From Nitrosopumilus sp. (GTDB lineage: Archaea; Thermoproteota; Nitrososphaeria; Nitrososphaerales; Nitrosopumilaceae): a DNA stretch of 64,000 bases. Below, piece after piece: positions 62,247 through 64,000 of the stretch; position 1 is the first letter of the stretch; every line of letters begins with the position of its first letter. Position numbers and translations under genes: made by a program. The stretch is taken from positions 512,001 to 576,000 of the forward strand of contig OY763927.2 in assembly GCA_963667665.2 (NCBI GenBank), written 5' to 3'. The notes beneath the pieces were generated by a model. The model was not told the origin of the DNA, made no database searches, and was given only the letters and a program-made list of their open reading frames with translations.

Positions 62247-62834
62247 ATGGTCCAACAACTACAATACAAAAACAAGGTTCTGGAAATTAGCCAGGATGAA
62301 GACCCAGAATCCCCAAGAGAATGGGATAACACTGGAACAATGGTCTGCAAACATACCCAATACACACTGGGAGATGTACAGACACTTCTCACCTCATATG
62401 ATGAATACCTGGAGTCAAAAGGACTTGCACCAGAAGACATCGCAGTGATGTTGCCTTTGTATCTTCTTGATCACAGTGGCATCAGTATGTCATGCGGAGA
62501 GCGTGTCTATCCATATGATGACCCATGGGATTCATCAGCAGTTGGATTCATCTATGTGACAAAAGAAAAGATCAGAAAGGAATGGAATGTCAAGAAAATA
62601 TCCAAAGTCATCATAGGACATGTTACAGAAATGCTAGAAGCAGAAGTGGCAACATATGACCAATACCTCAGAGGAGATGTATACACATTTGTTCTGTACA
62701 CAAAACATACATGCAGTCTCAATGAGATTCATCTGGAAGTAATAGATAGCTGTTCTGGTTTTTACGGAGATCATGAAGAATCAGGACTGACAGATAACAT
62801 TGAGAACTTTGCAAAGTTTGAGGCAACACAATAG
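62247..62834 (+). CDS. Acidic hypothetical protein of a family seen in phages and ICEs
   Basis: DEDPESPREWDN.GTMVC, LPLYLLDHSGISMS, WDS..VGFIY, EVATYDQYLRG; AGGAGG precedes the ATG at 62247. Confidence 0.7.
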   Translation: MVQQLQYKNKVLEISQDEDPESPREWDNTGTMVCKHTQYTLGDVQTLLTSYDEYLESKGLAPEDIAVMLPLYLLDHSGISMSCGERVYPYDDPWDSSAVGFIYVTKEKIRKEWNVKKISKVIIGHVTEMLEAEVATYDQYLRGDVYTFVLYTKHTCSLNEIHLEVIDSCSGFYGDHEESGLTDNIENFAKFEATQ

Positions 62835-62836
62835 GA

Positions 62837-63268
62837 ATGTCTACACAAAATACAATTCCTGCATTATACCAGACCGATGGCATTCCATTTGATGAGAAAC
62901 TAATTCATCAGATATGGATTATTCCATCAATCAACTTTGTTTGGTGTGTGGCAGAACTAGACATTAAGACAAAAGAGGCATTCGGATATGCAAATCTGAA
63001 TGATGATGACATGGCAGAATGGGGCTATATTGATATCGTAGATATTGAGAAAAATGGAGCCAAACTAATATCCTCGCAAGCCATGTCGTTTAAGGAAGTA
63101 CTAGATATAGTACGACCCAAAAACGGATGTCCAGAATGTGGTTCTGATCAGTACAAATTTCAGAGCATCAAAAGAGGAGATCCTACTCTAAGTGATGACA
63201 CCTTTGAGCTGTGGATTTGCAGAAACTGCAACTATCAGCCATTCACAAATATCAGAGGACTGGTCTAA
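62837..63268 (+). CDS. DUF2958-like protein fused to a C-terminal Zn ribbon
   Basis: IPALYQTD...W.VAELD...AFGYANL...EWGY; CPEC...CRNC. Confidence 0.65.
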   Translation: MSTQNTIPALYQTDGIPFDEKLIHQIWIIPSINFVWCVAELDIKTKEAFGYANLNDDDMAEWGYIDIVDIEKNGAKLISSQAMSFKEVLDIVRPKNGCPECGSDQYKFQSIKRGDPTLSDDTFELWICRNCNYQPFTNIRGLV

Positions 63269-63269
63269 A

Positions 63270-63506
63270 ATGACATCCATTTCAGTCCTAACCCTGGACA
63301 GTGACGAGATCAAAGGACATCTAGAATGCAATGAAAGGAGAGTACATCAAATCATGGGAATGGCAAAACAAGGAAAATTTGCAGATATCATCATGGATTC
63401 TTTTTGGGAAACCATTGATGTATGTAATGATATCCTTGACTGTGAGGATGAATCTGGAAAAACATTCTATGAGAAACTAGGCCGAGAGTTGGAGGATGCA
63501 AAATAA
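63270..63506 (+). CDS. Small acidic hypothetical protein
   Basis: 78 aa ORF coupled to both neighbours. Confidence 0.55.
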   Translation: MTSISVLTLDSDEIKGHLECNERRVHQIMGMAKQGKFADIIMDSFWETIDVCNDILDCEDESGKTFYEKLGRELEDAK

Positions 63507-63933
63507 TGTCCAAATGGAGCATTACCCTCTCACGAGAAGCTGGAATATACACAACAGAGGAGATACCATGTGTGTAGGAACAGATCTTCTAGTACATGTA
63601 TTTGAGACGTTTGCGGCATACCATACACCACAGAAAACATTCAGACGTCTTTACTGTGAATCAGGACAAGCTGCAAAAAAGGCATACAGATACGCAAACA
63701 ACGACACAGAACAAAACCTTGATGAGATAATTCCAAAATGTAGTGACTGCCAAAAACCCAGAATGAAGACAAGTACCATAGTTCTAGTCTTTGAGGAACT
63801 CACAAAAATCAAAGAACCAGAACTGCTCAAAGAGATGTATGTCAATATTGGTGGTCCGTCAAGAAATGCATACCTAGTATGCAACAAGAAAACACAACGT
63901 ATAATTCAGAAACTAGAATTGTACAAAAAGTGA
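63496..63933 (+). CDS. Hypothetical protein with Cys motifs
   Basis: 145 aa ORF with GGAGG upstream. Confidence 0.55.
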   Translation: MQNNVQMEHYPLTRSWNIHNRGDTMCVGTDLLVHVFETFAAYHTPQKTFRRLYCESGQAAKKAYRYANNDTEQNLDEIIPKCSDCQKPRMKTSTIVLVFEELTKIKEPELLKEMYVNIGGPSRNAYLVCNKKTQRIIQKLELYKK

Positions 63934-64000
63934 AAGAACAATCACTCTAAAAAAACAACTATTAGGGAATTCCCCTGATGATTCAGTGATATCTCAAATG

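Noticed and set aside
1-64000. Provirus interpretation and att sites
   Set aside because: No capsid, terminase or portal gene is recognisable, and I found no duplicated tRNA end or other att pair in the window.

Overview
AT-rich archaeal DNA, most consistent with a Nitrosopumilaceae-like thaumarchaeon (inferred from TFB, TBP, GINS, a box C/D RNA and thaumarchaeal-type surface-protein motifs). No housekeeping operons are present. The window reads as part of a large integrative or conjugative element, or a megaplasmid. In order: (i) a 5'-truncated tyrosine integrase and a virus-like operon of small Zn-finger proteins with a Rad52-like annealing protein; (ii) a visibly GC-richer island (~4.5-29.4 kb) holding one giant ~23.5 kb surface-protein gene (beta-propeller, PKD, DUF285/BspA-like, cadherin/Ig and DUF5011-like repeats), broken by frameshifts that look largely like assembly noise; (iii) an iteron-like non-coding region; (iv) a long operon with a SAM methyltransferase, a divergent SAH-hydrolase-cupin fusion, ParB-like proteins, TFB, ATP-grasp, GINS, HicBA and a DinG-like helicase; (v) two atypical tRNA-like genes bracketing a decayed restriction-modification cassette; (vi) a conjugation region (VirB6-like, pilin-like, VirB4-like) containing a second basal factor, TBP; (vii) an IS5 that truncates an actin-like ATPase whose promoter carries palindromic boxes; (viii) a canonical box C/D guide RNA; (ix) a putative leading region in which four copies of a covarying pseudoknotted element each precede a gene or gene group. 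The strongest candidates for undescribed biology are the four-copy pseudoknot family, the element-borne C/D guide RNA and odd tRNAs, and the methyltransferase/SAHH-cupin/ParB module. All family calls come from motif recognition by eye; no searches were run.
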